Shown here: positions 46,662-57,173 of the stretch, in pieces
How positions within the stretch are numbered: position 1 is the first letter of the stretch
Layout of the letters: each line of letters begins with the position of its first letter
Source of the DNA: a virus
Taxonomy: Duplodnaviria > Caudoviricetes
Direction: 5' to 3' (one strand)
Virus record (IMG/VR): IMGVR_UViG_3300047160_009226
Location: 128,001 to 192,000 of that record
Length of the DNA: 64,000 bases
Position numbers and translations under genes: made by a program
Notes under the pieces: model-generated
Told to the model about the DNA's origin: nothing
Database searches by the model: none
The model's input: the letters and a program-made list of their open reading frames with translations, nothing else

Positions 46662-48308
46662 TCAACCAAATACGAACGAGCCGATGTCCTCCAGTCCGTA
46701 CTGGCCATTAAACTCTGATACTGCAATAGAATAGAGATGTCTCAAGAAAATCCCATCCCCATGCTGGGGTTCGTACTTGACCTTCGTAGGACGTCCATCC
46801 GATTGAAGTTGTAAATCCCCAGGTAGCCCCCCAGAATCGAGCGGTACCCACATAGGGTCTGGAGCCGGGTCCGGAACCAAGATCGCCCCTGGAAGTGCGT
46901 AGGGATCAGGAGGTGGTGACGGTGGCAATGGAGGAGCTGGTGGTTGATGTTCATACCACCAGCCTGTCACACTAACTTTGGATTCTTTCACTACAGGAGG
47001 AGAAGGCGGGGGAGAAGGCGGGGAAGAAAGCACGGTAAAACTTTCCGCTGCTGCTATTGTGATCTTAAAGTGCAAATGAAGTCCCAATTCTTCTGGCCAG
47101 ACTTCGAACACTATTGGACTAAGCGCCGGTGTAGTAAGACCAACAATTCCATCAACCTGGTTTGAAAGAGACTCAATTAATTCTAGGAGTTCATTAAGTG
47201 CTCCTATAAGAGAATCAGATGCTCCCAGATATATCGGATTATCTGGATCTGTAAGATAAATCCCTCCTCTGATATCACAGAGTCGAAGTTCTCCAGTGCT
47301 CTGAATATCACAGTGAGGTGGTGGCGGAGGCCCCGGAGGAGATCCCGGAGGAGGTGGAAGTAATACCGGTGGATTGATAATAAGTTGCGGGACTTCTAAG
47401 GAATCCGATAAAACTAGACTGGTTTGATAAAGAGTGGGTCCATGAGGATCATGATTATTATTAATGTGAGTTAATAGTTCTGTGAGTATTTCATTCAAAG
47501 CCCCGATAATACTAACTGCAACTCCCTGATAAGAGGTATTTGCTGCATCTGAAAATGCAAAACCTTGTGGAATATACTGATCGGCAAATCTGAGATCCCC
47601 TGAAGAAGCAATCTCTGGTTGTGGAGATACATTCTCAATAGTAAAACAGGGCAGAGTAGCATCAGGATTCAATTGCTTGATTAAAGTCGTACTACCCTGA
47701 TCCAATAGTACTGTTAGACTATCCAAGATCGTCAAGACGCTTTGCGTCATACTTGGACCAAATGGATTATAATTATTATTCAATAACTGAAAAAGATTAA
47801 ATGCTGTTGGCTTTCCAGGAGGAGATACATCAAGCATTGGTTGTGTTGGCGTGGGAACTGCATCTGCCCCAGTTGTATCAACTGTAGCCAGAAAAAGATA
47901 ATCCAGACCTGAGATGGGAGAGTCACTAGCTACTATATTAACGTTAGTCGAATCTGTATATGTGTTTTCAGTCGCTTGGACATAAAGATAATAAAAGGAA
48001 TTAGGTGCCAAATCCTCCCATACAATCGGATCGTAGACTTCCACTAAACAGTTATTTGCGATTCCTTGAACCGATGGATTCCCTTCCATGCCAGTCAAAG
48101 TCACGTCGACTGTGCCCAAAGCAGGATCAGAAATATTCGCAACAAACGCACCATTCTGATATACACGAGTGCCACCCGCTCCAAGTATTCCAGCCCTAAT
48201 CTGGTTGTCGATAATGAGAGCGGCTATCTCCTCTTCGGAGCCAGCCATAATCTCATTATCGGAAATATACGGAATGCCGTAGTGAGGAGTGATCTTAATG
48301 TATGCCAT
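46662..48308 (-). CDS. Putative tail/baseplate structural protein with internal duplication
   Basis: TPHYGIPY N-terminus; two copies of NxxxPxGP...L.DSL...STG(D/E)LR...S(I/L)IGALNE; SPPP tracts. Confidence 0.6.
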   Translation of the reverse strand: MAYIKITPHYGIPYISDNEIMAGSEEEIAALIIDNQIRAGILGAGGTRVYQNGAFVANISDPALGTVDVTLTGMEGNPSVQGIANNCLVEVYDPIVWEDLAPNSFYYLYVQATENTYTDSTNVNIVASDSPISGLDYLFLATVDTTGADAVPTPTQPMLDVSPPGKPTAFNLFQLLNNNYNPFGPSMTQSVLTILDSLTVLLDQGSTTLIKQLNPDATLPCFTIENVSPQPEIASSGDLRFADQYIPQGFAFSDAANTSYQGVAVSIIGALNEILTELLTHINNNHDPHGPTLYQTSLVLSDSLEVPQLIINPPVLLPPPPGSPPGPPPPPHCDIQSTGELRLCDIRGGIYLTDPDNPIYLGASDSLIGALNELLELIESLSNQVDGIVGLTTPALSPIVFEVWPEELGLHLHFKITIAAAESFTVLSSPPSPPPSPPVVKESKVSVTGWWYEHQPPAPPLPPSPPPDPYALPGAILVPDPAPDPMWVPLDSGGLPGDLQLQSDGRPTKVKYEPQHGDGIFLRHLYSIAVSEFNGQYGLEDIGSFVFG

Positions 48309-48558
48309 CTAATAGCCCCCACTCTTCTGGATAGTCAAAATCGTCATCATCAGACCACAGTTCAGGATTATCTGAAATATTAATACGTGGGTCTGTGGCT
48401 TGATGCCTAGGTTTCAGTCGTTGTACGTCAGGGTGTGGCATCCCTGCTACCACCATCACCCCACAATATGGGCAGTGGTACATGCCAATTGGTTCACCTG
48501 AGAATTCCATGGGATCATGAAGACAGTGATATGGCATTTTTTGACTAACTCCACTCAT
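48295..48558 (-). CDS. Small hypothetical protein with CPYC motif
   Basis: YHCPYCG; start placed at ATG 48558 (ATGA overlap with the upstream stop). Confidence 0.6.
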   Translation of the reverse strand: MSGVSQKMPYHCLHDPMEFSGEPIGMYHCPYCGVMVVAGMPHPDVQRLKPRHQATDPRINISDNPELWSDDDDFDYPEEWGLLDGIH

Positions 48559-48794
48559 CCGCAAACGTCTGGTCCACCACACTTACTTTTTCCACAAATA
48601 ATGAGGTTTAAACCAGTGGGATGGACTAACTGAATATTGACGAAATTTCTTGACGACGCAGTTATCAATGCTCCCATACTGCCGTCGTAAAATCCACTCA
48701 TAGGAATGACTTGCCCCTTAAGAAGTAAGTCAGTCACACGATTATAAATATCCTCTCGTCTCTTTCTCCCTGTTCCGTGAATGGTACTAGGCAT
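48555..48794 (-). CDS. Hypothetical protein (79 aa, MPSTIHG...)
   Basis: AAGGAG RBS upstream of ATG 48794; overlaps the stop of the upstream gene. Confidence 0.5.
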   Translation of the reverse strand: MPSTIHGTGRKRREDIYNRVTDLLLKGQVIPMSGFYDGSMGALITASSRNFVNIQLVHPTGLNLIICGKSKCGGPDVCG

Positions 48795-49821
48795 GAACAA
48801 GCTTCTCCTTAAAGTATTTCCGATACTCCTGCCAATATTTAGGAACAGACCGAATAGCTGGCTCACCTTTAGGCCAAGGTCTGTCTATAGCATACACGGA
48901 GTAAAGAAAGGCAGCCCGTGGATCAGTAGCTATGTAATCTTCTGCCTGAGGTAAGGCCCCTCCACCAATCCCAATATAACGTGATAATCGCTCAGTGGAA
49001 ACTAATCTATTGTCAATAAGGTGCTGAAAAAACACAGGATACTTATGGGGATGTATACGCAAATGATAAATGCAGTAATCAAATATCTTGTCTTCTTTTT
49101 CAGATGGATAAGCTTTATCGGCCCAAAACTGAAGGATCCCTGATTTTAATAAAAGCATCAAAGTCTCGTCACTCAATTTAACCATTTCGTTACTAACATC
49201 TTTAATTTCACTGCCCCTGTAGTCCGCCAGGAAAAGTCTCTCTTTTCCTTTAAATGCAAGAAACAAACGACCTCTCTGAAGATAGCTCTTGGCCGTGTTT
49301 TCAGATCTAGTGCACCATGCAGTCCCTTGCGAATAACTGCATACTGCTTCCACAGCTGTTTCTGGATCAACTCCTTCACCACCAATCTGTAGTATTTTAT
49401 AAGGCCCATTATTATAAATGACCTTGACTGTCTCTTTGGCTTTCTTAGTTTCTTGTGCCTTGGATTTCAAATCCTCGTCTTTATGTGTAATCCAACTATC
49501 ATAAAGTTCATCCAAAGTTAACTTATTAATATCAGCAGGTAATCCTACATGCTCAAGCAATGCCGGTGACTTAGATACTTTTTGAAAAAATGCTAATGCT
49601 TGTCTAACACGTCCAAACCATTCATCAGCGGAGTTGCCGCCAGGATCAACAACATTTCTGATGATCCATCCCAGATACTTCCCCCCCGTCGGATCGGCTT
49701 TTGCAAGTCTCCGAAGCTCTTCTTCTGATATCTTATGGTTTTTAGCGTAGAACTGAATACGTTCTTCTAGTCCTGCTATTCGCAAAAGACGATGTGCCAA
49801 TCTAAGTGTTCTGGAAATCAT
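48787..49821 (-). CDS. Conserved-looking phage hypothetical protein (ADPT..KY..W and GTAWCT motifs)
   Basis: ADPTGGKYLGWI, GTAWCTR, C-terminal IATDP..AF.YS...PWPKGEPAI; basic RLAHRL N-terminus. Confidence 0.75.
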   Translation of the reverse strand: MISRTLRLAHRLLRIAGLEERIQFYAKNHKISEEELRRLAKADPTGGKYLGWIIRNVVDPGGNSADEWFGRVRQALAFFQKVSKSPALLEHVGLPADINKLTLDELYDSWITHKDEDLKSKAQETKKAKETVKVIYNNGPYKILQIGGEGVDPETAVEAVCSYSQGTAWCTRSENTAKSYLQRGRLFLAFKGKERLFLADYRGSEIKDVSNEMVKLSDETLMLLLKSGILQFWADKAYPSEKEDKIFDYCIYHLRIHPHKYPVFFQHLIDNRLVSTERLSRYIGIGGGALPQAEDYIATDPRAAFLYSVYAIDRPWPKGEPAIRSVPKYWQEYRKYFKEKLVHA

Positions 49822-49823
49822 GT

Positions 49824-52793
49824 TTATTCAATCGAAGTGACGGGTGCCAAAGAGACTGATACTGAAGGTTGTACATCAGGAATGAAGAGTTCCACTCCTA
49901 GATCAGTGCTCCACGTCTTTCTCTGCAAGTCTATCTGATGTGAAATAGAAGTAACAAGCCACTTGCTATTAACTGTATCCAATAACTCAATCCTAGCATT
50001 CCCGGGAATCTTACATCGTGCTGCTGAACGTGGTCTTGATTGTCCCTTAGAAATCTGAACTGCTAATCGTTGTATTTCATTAACATCTTTAACTATTTGA
50101 GGAATTGCATATACTGCCATCTTTGCCCAAGCAAATGTTGGATAAGTATCCAGATTCACAGTCATCATAACTGCTTGAGTTGGTGTAGTTGTAAAATTAG
50201 TAGCTAGAGGTTTTCCGATTTGTGGATATGCTACCAATGCAGAAATTATAATCTGATTTCTAACCCACGTATGATCTGGTTCATCCGAAAAAGTTTCAAG
50301 TGCAGAGTCAGGTAAGATCCAATTATTTCCAGTTGATTTCTGTACATCTATATAAATGCAAGTACCGAATCTATCAAAGTAATATAAAGTTCCTGCATAT
50401 TTAGCAATTGTATCCATTGCCTCAGAAACTGGTGTCCCCCTCGGAAAGTCTATAACCGGATTATTGATATTATAAGAAGAAATAAGCTTAAACGGTGTTG
50501 CCAAGCTTGTGTTAATAGGAAATCCACCATAAACCGCCATATAACGCATGGCATCACGATGATCATATCCATCGAAAAATGGTACATTGATTAATCCTAT
50601 CCCACCTTCAGAATTAATCTTGCTCTCTCGTCCTTTAAGAGGCATCTGAACCAGATTTTCTCCTGGATTATCTACTTCAGCATTGCCATAAGCAATTCCT
50701 GTGAAGATAATTCCAGGTATGGTGTTCGCTCCACCTATCACCTGAATCTGAATTGCTCCCACTTCCTGATATGGTCGTGGATCAACTGTTTGTGTCACAG
50801 GATCAAAACGATCCCATTCAATAGTCCCACTGGCACCATCCAGTGCTCTTTGAACATTGACCGATCGAATACGAGGTATTGAAATCGCAGCACTTGATAA
50901 GACTCCATCTTGATTCATAGGGGCATGTGTGACGAAGTCCTCGTCTATGATGACATTATCCACAATTATAGCACCCCAAACTTGTATAGGAACTCGCACA
51001 TCTGGGGTAATACTCTTAAACTCCATGGAGAAGCACGCAAACGGAGCTTGCCTATCCTTGACGATAGTACAGAGATGTGTCCGAAAATCTACAAAATTTC
51101 CACTCTGAAATCCAAATACCGGCATAGTGATTGCTTTAGACTTTGTCTCAACATAAAATACATTCTGATTAATAGGTTTTTCCTTAATTTTAGATTTCTT
51201 TCTCTTAGGTGGGAACAATGGCGGCGGTGGTGGTGGAGAGCCAGGTGGTGCAACAGGAACATACTCTGATGTTGTTAAATCCTGAGGACTAGCTGCTCCT
51301 GGATAAATAAAGTGATATCTTGAGAACTGAGGAAAATATATCGGTACAAATTTTAATGCTCCACCACAATGAGAGTAGAATACGCTTAATCGATTCCCCA
51401 TTGAAAATGTAGATGGTTGTCCAGTACCAGTATTCGATCTTGAAAGTAAACTTGTGCCTGTCTTCGAGTTGACAATCCTAACTCCAGGGGTCTTATATCT
51501 CTTGCCTTTACGCATGACAACAGTTTTAGGAATGTAATTAGGATCTCGGACATCATAGTCGCTCTGCAGAGGAGGATTAATTATGTTAGTAATTTCTGTA
51601 TTAATATTCAAATCTTCATCAATCGGAACAAAGCTAACAGTGTTACCCCAGTCAGAAGATTGAGGATTGCCATAAGAGATCAGTATCCCATTCCAAACTG
51701 GAATGAAAGTCAAAATATAAACTTTATCCCCATATCCATGAGTTAGCACATTAGCCACCGTCGGCTTTATATTAATCTTCTGAGGAGGATCCTTCCTCCG
51801 TATTGATACATGAAGCTCTTCTTGCCCTTCAAACAATTCTACTACTACAGTGTCAAAACCAAAAGTAATCTTAATTGACCATGCTGCAGCTTGAGATCTA
51901 TTATCGTTAGTTCCTTTCTTTATTCCAAAAATTAGCGAAAAAGCATTTAATGAATCTCCATTTTCAATTCCAGCATCTTTTTCCCGTTCAACAGGGTATA
52001 AATAAACATGATTCATTATCTCCTCATCACATGGCTGAACTTGAACATCAACAGCCCCATCCGTCCTCGGTGTAAGTTTCTCTTTCTGCTCGTCTTTGTG
52101 TTTCATCTGCCACCAATACGTCGTATTCTCTGGATCAGTCGTGTTACCGTCATTTAAAACTCCATTGCGATGTCTCCTAGCTTGAGGAGAGAAATAAGGA
52201 GTACTGATACATGAATTAATAGCATCGATATATACGGCTGAAGGAGTGTCCTTGAATGCCTTATACATAGACTTCATAAAAGGATCCCACTTATCTTTAT
52301 AACGTTTATAATTCGGACTCCCTGTATTAGGAACAACTCCTATTAGATCTCTAGGTGTATACTTAATTTCATCAAAAGGAAGATTCGCAGGTAAATCTGG
52401 GATAGGATTTTTAGAAGAACGAGGAGGAGGTGGTAGTAGAAGTGAAGGTGGAGGTGGCAGACTAGAAGATAGAAGTAGAGGTGGAGGTGGAGGTAACGGA
52501 CTAGAAGATAGAGGTGGAGGTGGTGGTAAGAATATAGTTCCAGGATCAGCATAATTCTTAATTAAAAAATGCGTTGGTGGCTTCGGCTTCGTCGTTAAAA
52601 CAATCAAGTCCTTAGTCTGATCTTTTCCAATAGGTTGCGTTCTCCTAGAATAAATATCCAAAATTGTAAAAATATTCGCCGGTACTGCGTCTATTGATGG
52701 AAGTTCTCCAGGAGGTGGTTGGGACGGACTCCCCACCTGCACCTGAATATTAGGTGCTACCTTCTCCAAACCCTCATCAGCATATGATGGCAT
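49824..52793 (-). CDS. Putative baseplate hub / central tail protein
   Basis: Directly follows the tape measure (TAATG overlap). C-terminal SEAMDTIAKYAGTLYYFDRFG and CKIPGNARIELLD...WLVTSISHQI resemble hub-type folds. Confidence 0.65.
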   Translation of the reverse strand: MPSYADEGLEKVAPNIQVQVGSPSQPPPGELPSIDAVPANIFTILDIYSRRTQPIGKDQTKDLIVLTTKPKPPTHFLIKNYADPGTIFLPPPPPLSSSPLPPPPPLLLSSSLPPPPSLLLPPPPRSSKNPIPDLPANLPFDEIKYTPRDLIGVVPNTGSPNYKRYKDKWDPFMKSMYKAFKDTPSAVYIDAINSCISTPYFSPQARRHRNGVLNDGNTTDPENTTYWWQMKHKDEQKEKLTPRTDGAVDVQVQPCDEEIMNHVYLYPVEREKDAGIENGDSLNAFSLIFGIKKGTNDNRSQAAAWSIKITFGFDTVVVELFEGQEELHVSIRRKDPPQKINIKPTVANVLTHGYGDKVYILTFIPVWNGILISYGNPQSSDWGNTVSFVPIDEDLNINTEITNIINPPLQSDYDVRDPNYIPKTVVMRKGKRYKTPGVRIVNSKTGTSLLSRSNTGTGQPSTFSMGNRLSVFYSHCGGALKFVPIYFPQFSRYHFIYPGAASPQDLTTSEYVPVAPPGSPPPPPPLFPPKRKKSKIKEKPINQNVFYVETKSKAITMPVFGFQSGNFVDFRTHLCTIVKDRQAPFACFSMEFKSITPDVRVPIQVWGAIIVDNVIIDEDFVTHAPMNQDGVLSSAAISIPRIRSVNVQRALDGASGTIEWDRFDPVTQTVDPRPYQEVGAIQIQVIGGANTIPGIIFTGIAYGNAEVDNPGENLVQMPLKGRESKINSEGGIGLINVPFFDGYDHRDAMRYMAVYGGFPINTSLATPFKLISSYNINNPVIDFPRGTPVSEAMDTIAKYAGTLYYFDRFGTCIYIDVQKSTGNNWILPDSALETFSDEPDHTWVRNQIIISALVAYPQIGKPLATNFTTTPTQAVMMTVNLDTYPTFAWAKMAVYAIPQIVKDVNEIQRLAVQISKGQSRPRSAARCKIPGNARIELLDTVNSKWLVTSISHQIDLQRKTWSTDLGVELFIPDVQPSVSVSLAPVTSIE

Positions 52794-55700
52794 TATGCAA
52801 AAAATCCTGGTTTTTGTGCGCGATTACTTACCAATATCGACTTATCTTCTACCTCTCCTTTAAACATTGCAGTGTCACTTTTAACAACTATTTCAATATT
52901 TCCACTGACATCAATCGCTCCAGCAGCTTTTGCAGCGGCCCTTGCTGCTTCTGGTGGCATTCCAGCAGCAAGGGCCGCCGCTTCCACAGGATTGACCCCA
53001 GGACGCCCCCCTGGACCAATCCCAATCGCCCCTCCCCCCACTCCAATTCCACCACCCCCGATAGCTCCCCTGATATTCCCTCCCATTGCCATTCGTGTTT
53101 CCATCATCGTCTTGGGTGCTCCCTGCCACATTTGCCCGAACGGATCTTTTACAACTTCACCAAAAATCCTAGGGCTAAAGTTAGGCAAGGCTTTGGTTCC
53201 ACCACCCATTCCGAAACTTGCTGCGATAGCTTTATCCAAGAAATCACGCTGCTTGCCCATGATGGCTTCTCTTAAAGCAGCGTCCTTCTGAACTACTGCA
53301 AGCTGTTTCTCCATTAACGGTGCACCAGTTAATCCAGCTGCTTTAGCTTGTGCAAATGCCTCTTGTGCGGCTTTCAAATCCACTCGTGATGCTTCAATAA
53401 TCTTCGACTGATATCCCATCTGTACCCGCCAGGATTGTCCTGTCCTAGCTGCCGTATCTCTCATGACCTCCAGCATACTCTTCTGAATTCCAGCCTGTTT
53501 CATCGTCTCTTCAGCTTCAGCTGTTGCAGCATGGACACGTGCTTGAACAGTAGCCTGAGCGACCTCATATTCTTTTTGTCTTAGTGCAAAAATCTTATCC
53601 TGAATTACTAGTACATCTGCTTCTCTGCCACCAGCTCTGGCTTCTGCCAGTCTTTGATTCAAATCATCAAGATCTTTCGCAAAATTCTCCATGAATTTAG
53701 CCTGCATCTGCTCAGCGGCTCGTCCTTGCTCTCGTGCTGTTTCGCCAATTTCTCCTGGTGTAGCCCCACGTTCACGAAGGAAAGACTCTCTAGCCCTTGC
53801 CAAACCTTGCTCTAGTTTACCTCTTCGATAGACTTCCGTCCTTTCATATGCTGTTATTTGAGCTTCCATGGCCGCGATATCAGCAGTACGCTTTTCAACT
53901 TGAAGCGCGTTCTCTCTTAATTTAAGATTTCGTTCTAACTGCTGTCCTTTCACTTCCAGATCTCGAGCCTCATTTATTAAATTTTGTCTTTCCTTATCTC
54001 TTAGTCCTTTTGTCTGAAGTGCTATGGCGATGTCCCTCTTTCTCGCTTCCAGTGTGTTCCTTGCCTCCTGTGCCTCTTCATTAAAGTTTTTAATCTGTTC
54101 CGCATAGGTCCGTGTAATCTCCTGTTGATACTCAGCGACATCCTCCCTTCTTCCTGTAATCGCTCCCGTTGCCTCATAACGAGCCTGAGCCCCCTGACGT
54201 TCCAATCCAAGCTGCCCCTGACGAGTTTCCATTCGTCCCATAATGTCTTCAACCTGACCTCCAACATTCAATTCCTTAAGTTGATTCTGCATGTTCTGAC
54301 TTTGTCGATTAATTGCATTCTGAAAAATAGCCCCAGTCTTTTGCAATTGATCATCTGTAGCTCCTCTATCTGCCATTTCCTTAAGTGTTTTGTCTCTCTG
54401 CATCTCAAGTCTGCTGATTTCATCAGTTGTTCCTTGAGTAATCTTACCAATACTAGCTGTAATATTTTCTCCGATTTTTTTCTGACCCTCTGCAAAACCA
54501 GCTCGATCAATTTCTCCCTTTCCAATTTCCATTCCTCGCCTAGCAGTTGCTGCCTCAATCGCTTCTGGCATCGTCTTTAAAGTAGCGTTCAAATTATTCA
54601 TATATTTATCAGAAGTCTGTATCGACGTGGTCATTTCTCTCGTCACGTCTCGCAGAGTGCGCTGTTCAGTCTGCTGATCCTTAGTAGCATCAGTATTCCC
54701 CATAATCCAACCACTTAAACTTTTCATTCCTGTTACAATATCACTACCATACTCTTTTGCGACGCCAGCAGCGCCTCCAACCGCGCCTCCAATCGCCGTT
54801 CCTGCACCAGGAAGAACCAATGATCCGATAAAAGCACCCGTACCCGCCGCTCCTGCAATTCTCCCTCCTTTTCCAGTATGTTTCAGAGCAATATCAGCCG
54901 TTGATCCTTTCGTTGTATATCCTCTCAGGGCCTCAGCCCCCATAGCAACACCTTCTCCAATAAGTCCAATTCCTAAAGGGCTCTTAGCAAAACGACCAAC
55001 CTTCCCCACAGCCCCCGCAAATCGACCTGCTCTCGCAACAGCGCCCGTGGTAGTTGCAACAGTACCAGCCTCGGCTGCACCTATACCGGCTTCGGCTGCA
55101 CCTAGACCGGCAGCTTGAGCCCCAGCCTTGGCCGCACCACCAGCAGCTTGAGCCCCAGCCTTGGCTCCTAAAAAGCTTGATAGACTCGACCAACCTGACT
55201 TCCCTGCTTCTGCAATTTTCTGAACATTACTAGCGATATCTAAAACTGGTGCAAGAAGTTGCGCACCTTCAGGTCCAATACCTTTATTAATCAATTCTCC
55301 CATTGCATGCTGAAAATCATCATATGTCTTTGCTACCGCAGCACCAGTTGTCTCAAACTTTGCTGCCTCTGCCCCTGCCTTTGGTTCTTCTCCTGGTACG
55401 CGACCAACAAGAGCCTCTTGTTGTTCCGGAGTTTGTGCTGTCCGTAATGCTTCGAGAATTGCCCCAAAATCTGCCTTCTCAGCTGTCACACCCTGAAATG
55501 TCTGACGAGTCATCGGAGTTGCAATAATCTGCTTAGCTGCCTCAATACCTCCTATCTGACCATAAATTGCTTGAAGCTGCTTCCCCATCGCTTCAAGTTG
55601 CTTGGTAGTAGCACCGAGTTTAAGACCTTCGGCCCATGTCTTGCCGAAGTCTTCAGCGGCTTTTCTGGTGAGATTTAGACTAGTGCGAAGTGATTCGAAT

Positions 55701-56161
55701 TCGCGGCGGGCTTGAGCGGATTGACCACCGAACTTCCCTGTTGCGTCAATCGCACGTTGAGTTGAAAGATTGTACTCGTAATACCTTTCAGATATACCCT
55801 TAATTGTCTCAGCATAAGATCTAGCACTATTAAGAGTGCTCCTAATCTTCATGCTATACTTATCGAATTGATCAAGCTCTTTAGCTCTCTCTTCGATAAG
55901 CGGGCGAAGTGCCTTAAGAGTGTCTCCATATGTCTTAGCTAGCTTTTTTTCTTCGTCCTCAAGATCACCGGTCGCTTCCCCGGCCTTCTTCTTTGCTGCA
56001 ATCTCTTTCTCAATGAGTTTTAGTTCTTGCTCCTGTATCTTTGCCTTTCTCTCAAGTGCATCAGTATACTCATCAAGATCCTTTTTTCCCATGCCACCTG
56101 CGCCACCACCGGCACCACCGGCACCTGCTCCACCACCAAGACCTCCAGGAGTGGCAGGCAT
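52793..56161 (-). CDS. Tail tape measure protein (1122 aa)
   Basis: Long Ala/Gln/Glu/Lys-rich helical composition, Gly/Ala-rich central hydrophobic stretch, located after chaperone-like genes and before the hub-like gene. Confidence 0.85.
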   Translation of the reverse strand: MPATPGGLGGGAGAGGAGGGAGGMGKKDLDEYTDALERKAKIQEQELKLIEKEIAAKKKAGEATGDLEDEEKKLAKTYGDTLKALRPLIEERAKELDQFDKYSMKIRSTLNSARSYAETIKGISERYYEYNLSTQRAIDATGKFGGQSAQARREFESLRTSLNLTRKAAEDFGKTWAEGLKLGATTKQLEAMGKQLQAIYGQIGGIEAAKQIIATPMTRQTFQGVTAEKADFGAILEALRTAQTPEQQEALVGRVPGEEPKAGAEAAKFETTGAAVAKTYDDFQHAMGELINKGIGPEGAQLLAPVLDIASNVQKIAEAGKSGWSSLSSFLGAKAGAQAAGGAAKAGAQAAGLGAAEAGIGAAEAGTVATTTGAVARAGRFAGAVGKVGRFAKSPLGIGLIGEGVAMGAEALRGYTTKGSTADIALKHTGKGGRIAGAAGTGAFIGSLVLPGAGTAIGGAVGGAAGVAKEYGSDIVTGMKSLSGWIMGNTDATKDQQTEQRTLRDVTREMTTSIQTSDKYMNNLNATLKTMPEAIEAATARRGMEIGKGEIDRAGFAEGQKKIGENITASIGKITQGTTDEISRLEMQRDKTLKEMADRGATDDQLQKTGAIFQNAINRQSQNMQNQLKELNVGGQVEDIMGRMETRQGQLGLERQGAQARYEATGAITGRREDVAEYQQEITRTYAEQIKNFNEEAQEARNTLEARKRDIAIALQTKGLRDKERQNLINEARDLEVKGQQLERNLKLRENALQVEKRTADIAAMEAQITAYERTEVYRRGKLEQGLARARESFLRERGATPGEIGETAREQGRAAEQMQAKFMENFAKDLDDLNQRLAEARAGGREADVLVIQDKIFALRQKEYEVAQATVQARVHAATAEAEETMKQAGIQKSMLEVMRDTAARTGQSWRVQMGYQSKIIEASRVDLKAAQEAFAQAKAAGLTGAPLMEKQLAVVQKDAALREAIMGKQRDFLDKAIAASFGMGGGTKALPNFSPRIFGEVVKDPFGQMWQGAPKTMMETRMAMGGNIRGAIGGGGIGVGGGAIGIGPGGRPGVNPVEAAALAAGMPPEAARAAAKAAGAIDVSGNIEIVVKSDTAMFKGEVEDKSILVSNRAQKPGFFA

Positions 56162-56174
56162 GTTTCACTCCCTT

Positions 56175-56627
56175 CTAAGTAAAGAGACAAGCCTCTGATC
56201 TGTACTTGTCGTATAGTAGATCAAAAATCCCGGATTGCAGGGACTTTACTTTATCCAAGGATTTCTGAGTCAGTGCTTGACTCTCATCCCGTTCTAACTC
56301 AATCTCGATCCCGTCAATAGACAGTCCTCTCAAATGATTAGCCACTACACAATCAGACACGATAAGATCATCTACAACCAACGTACCAGTCGTAGGATTG
56401 AATCTAGCAGACTTCCGTCGATAAGATTCCATGTTGGCACGAGAAGGGATTGACCATTGTGAAACCAACTGAGACTCCGTCAATCCTGTCTCCAAAAGCT
56501 CAGGTATTGGAAACTTAGAAACACTGCTGATCCTGCTTTCCTTCTGATCCACATACAAATAGATCGTAATCTCTAAAGGTGCTGAATCCTCAGTTACCCA
56601 GATCAAACTTTCCACATTACTCGACAA
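56175..56627 (-). CDS. Putative tail assembly chaperone (family member E)
   Basis: Paralog of 56640-57170 (WSIPS..MESYR..SARFN); own GGAG RBS with TTG start; immediately upstream of the tape measure. Confidence 0.6.
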   Translation of the reverse strand: MSSNVESLIWVTEDSAPLEITIYLYVDQKESRISSVSKFPIPELLETGLTESQLVSQWSIPSRANMESYRRKSARFNPTTGTLVVDDLIVSDCVVANHLRGLSIDGIEIELERDESQALTQKSLDKVKSLQSGIFDLLYDKYRSEACLFT

Positions 56628-56639
56628 GATATGATCTCC

Positions 56640-57170
56640 CTAAATAATGAGTGCCGCTTCTTCGATAAACTTGGAAAGCATCATGTCCATCACCGTCGAA
56701 TGCAGCTTATTGATGTGTGCCATGGCTTCCGCCGTCAAAGTCCCTCTTCGATCCCTCGTGAGATCGATGACGTGAGCCGAATCCCCAGAACCCATCTTCA
56801 TCTCCAGGAGATGATTCTGGACGATCAGTTCTTCCATCCGGGCCTTATGTACCAGTACAGCCCGTGCTTCTCGATTGAACCTCGATGACTGCTCCCTGTA
56901 CCTATCGAGTTGCGTCTTAGAGGGTACAGACCACCTCGTCTCGATCGGGAACTCACGCATCTCTAGAGCACGCAAGTCCTCCGACGGCTCAAAAAGAACT
57001 GTGCGTAGTCGCCCTGTAGTCGGACTTTGATACACGTAGATCGTGCTTAGTACTTCATCCTTTCCTTCAGAAATCCACAAAAGATCCGGAGGGACTCCGT
57101 TGTCTTCAACACGAGAAGATTCAGTCAACTCCTCAGCACTCTCAACAGGCGGGCTTTCTTCGTCTGGCAT
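56640..57170 (-). CDS. Putative tail assembly chaperone (family member D)
   Basis: WSVPS..LDRYR..SSRFN...GTLTAEAMAHINKL. Confidence 0.6.
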   Translation of the reverse strand: MPDEESPPVESAEELTESSRVEDNGVPPDLLWISEGKDEVLSTIYVYQSPTTGRLRTVLFEPSEDLRALEMREFPIETRWSVPSKTQLDRYREQSSRFNREARAVLVHKARMEELIVQNHLLEMKMGSGDSAHVIDLTRDRRGTLTAEAMAHINKLHSTVMDMMLSKFIEEAALII

Positions 57171-57173
57171 GGT

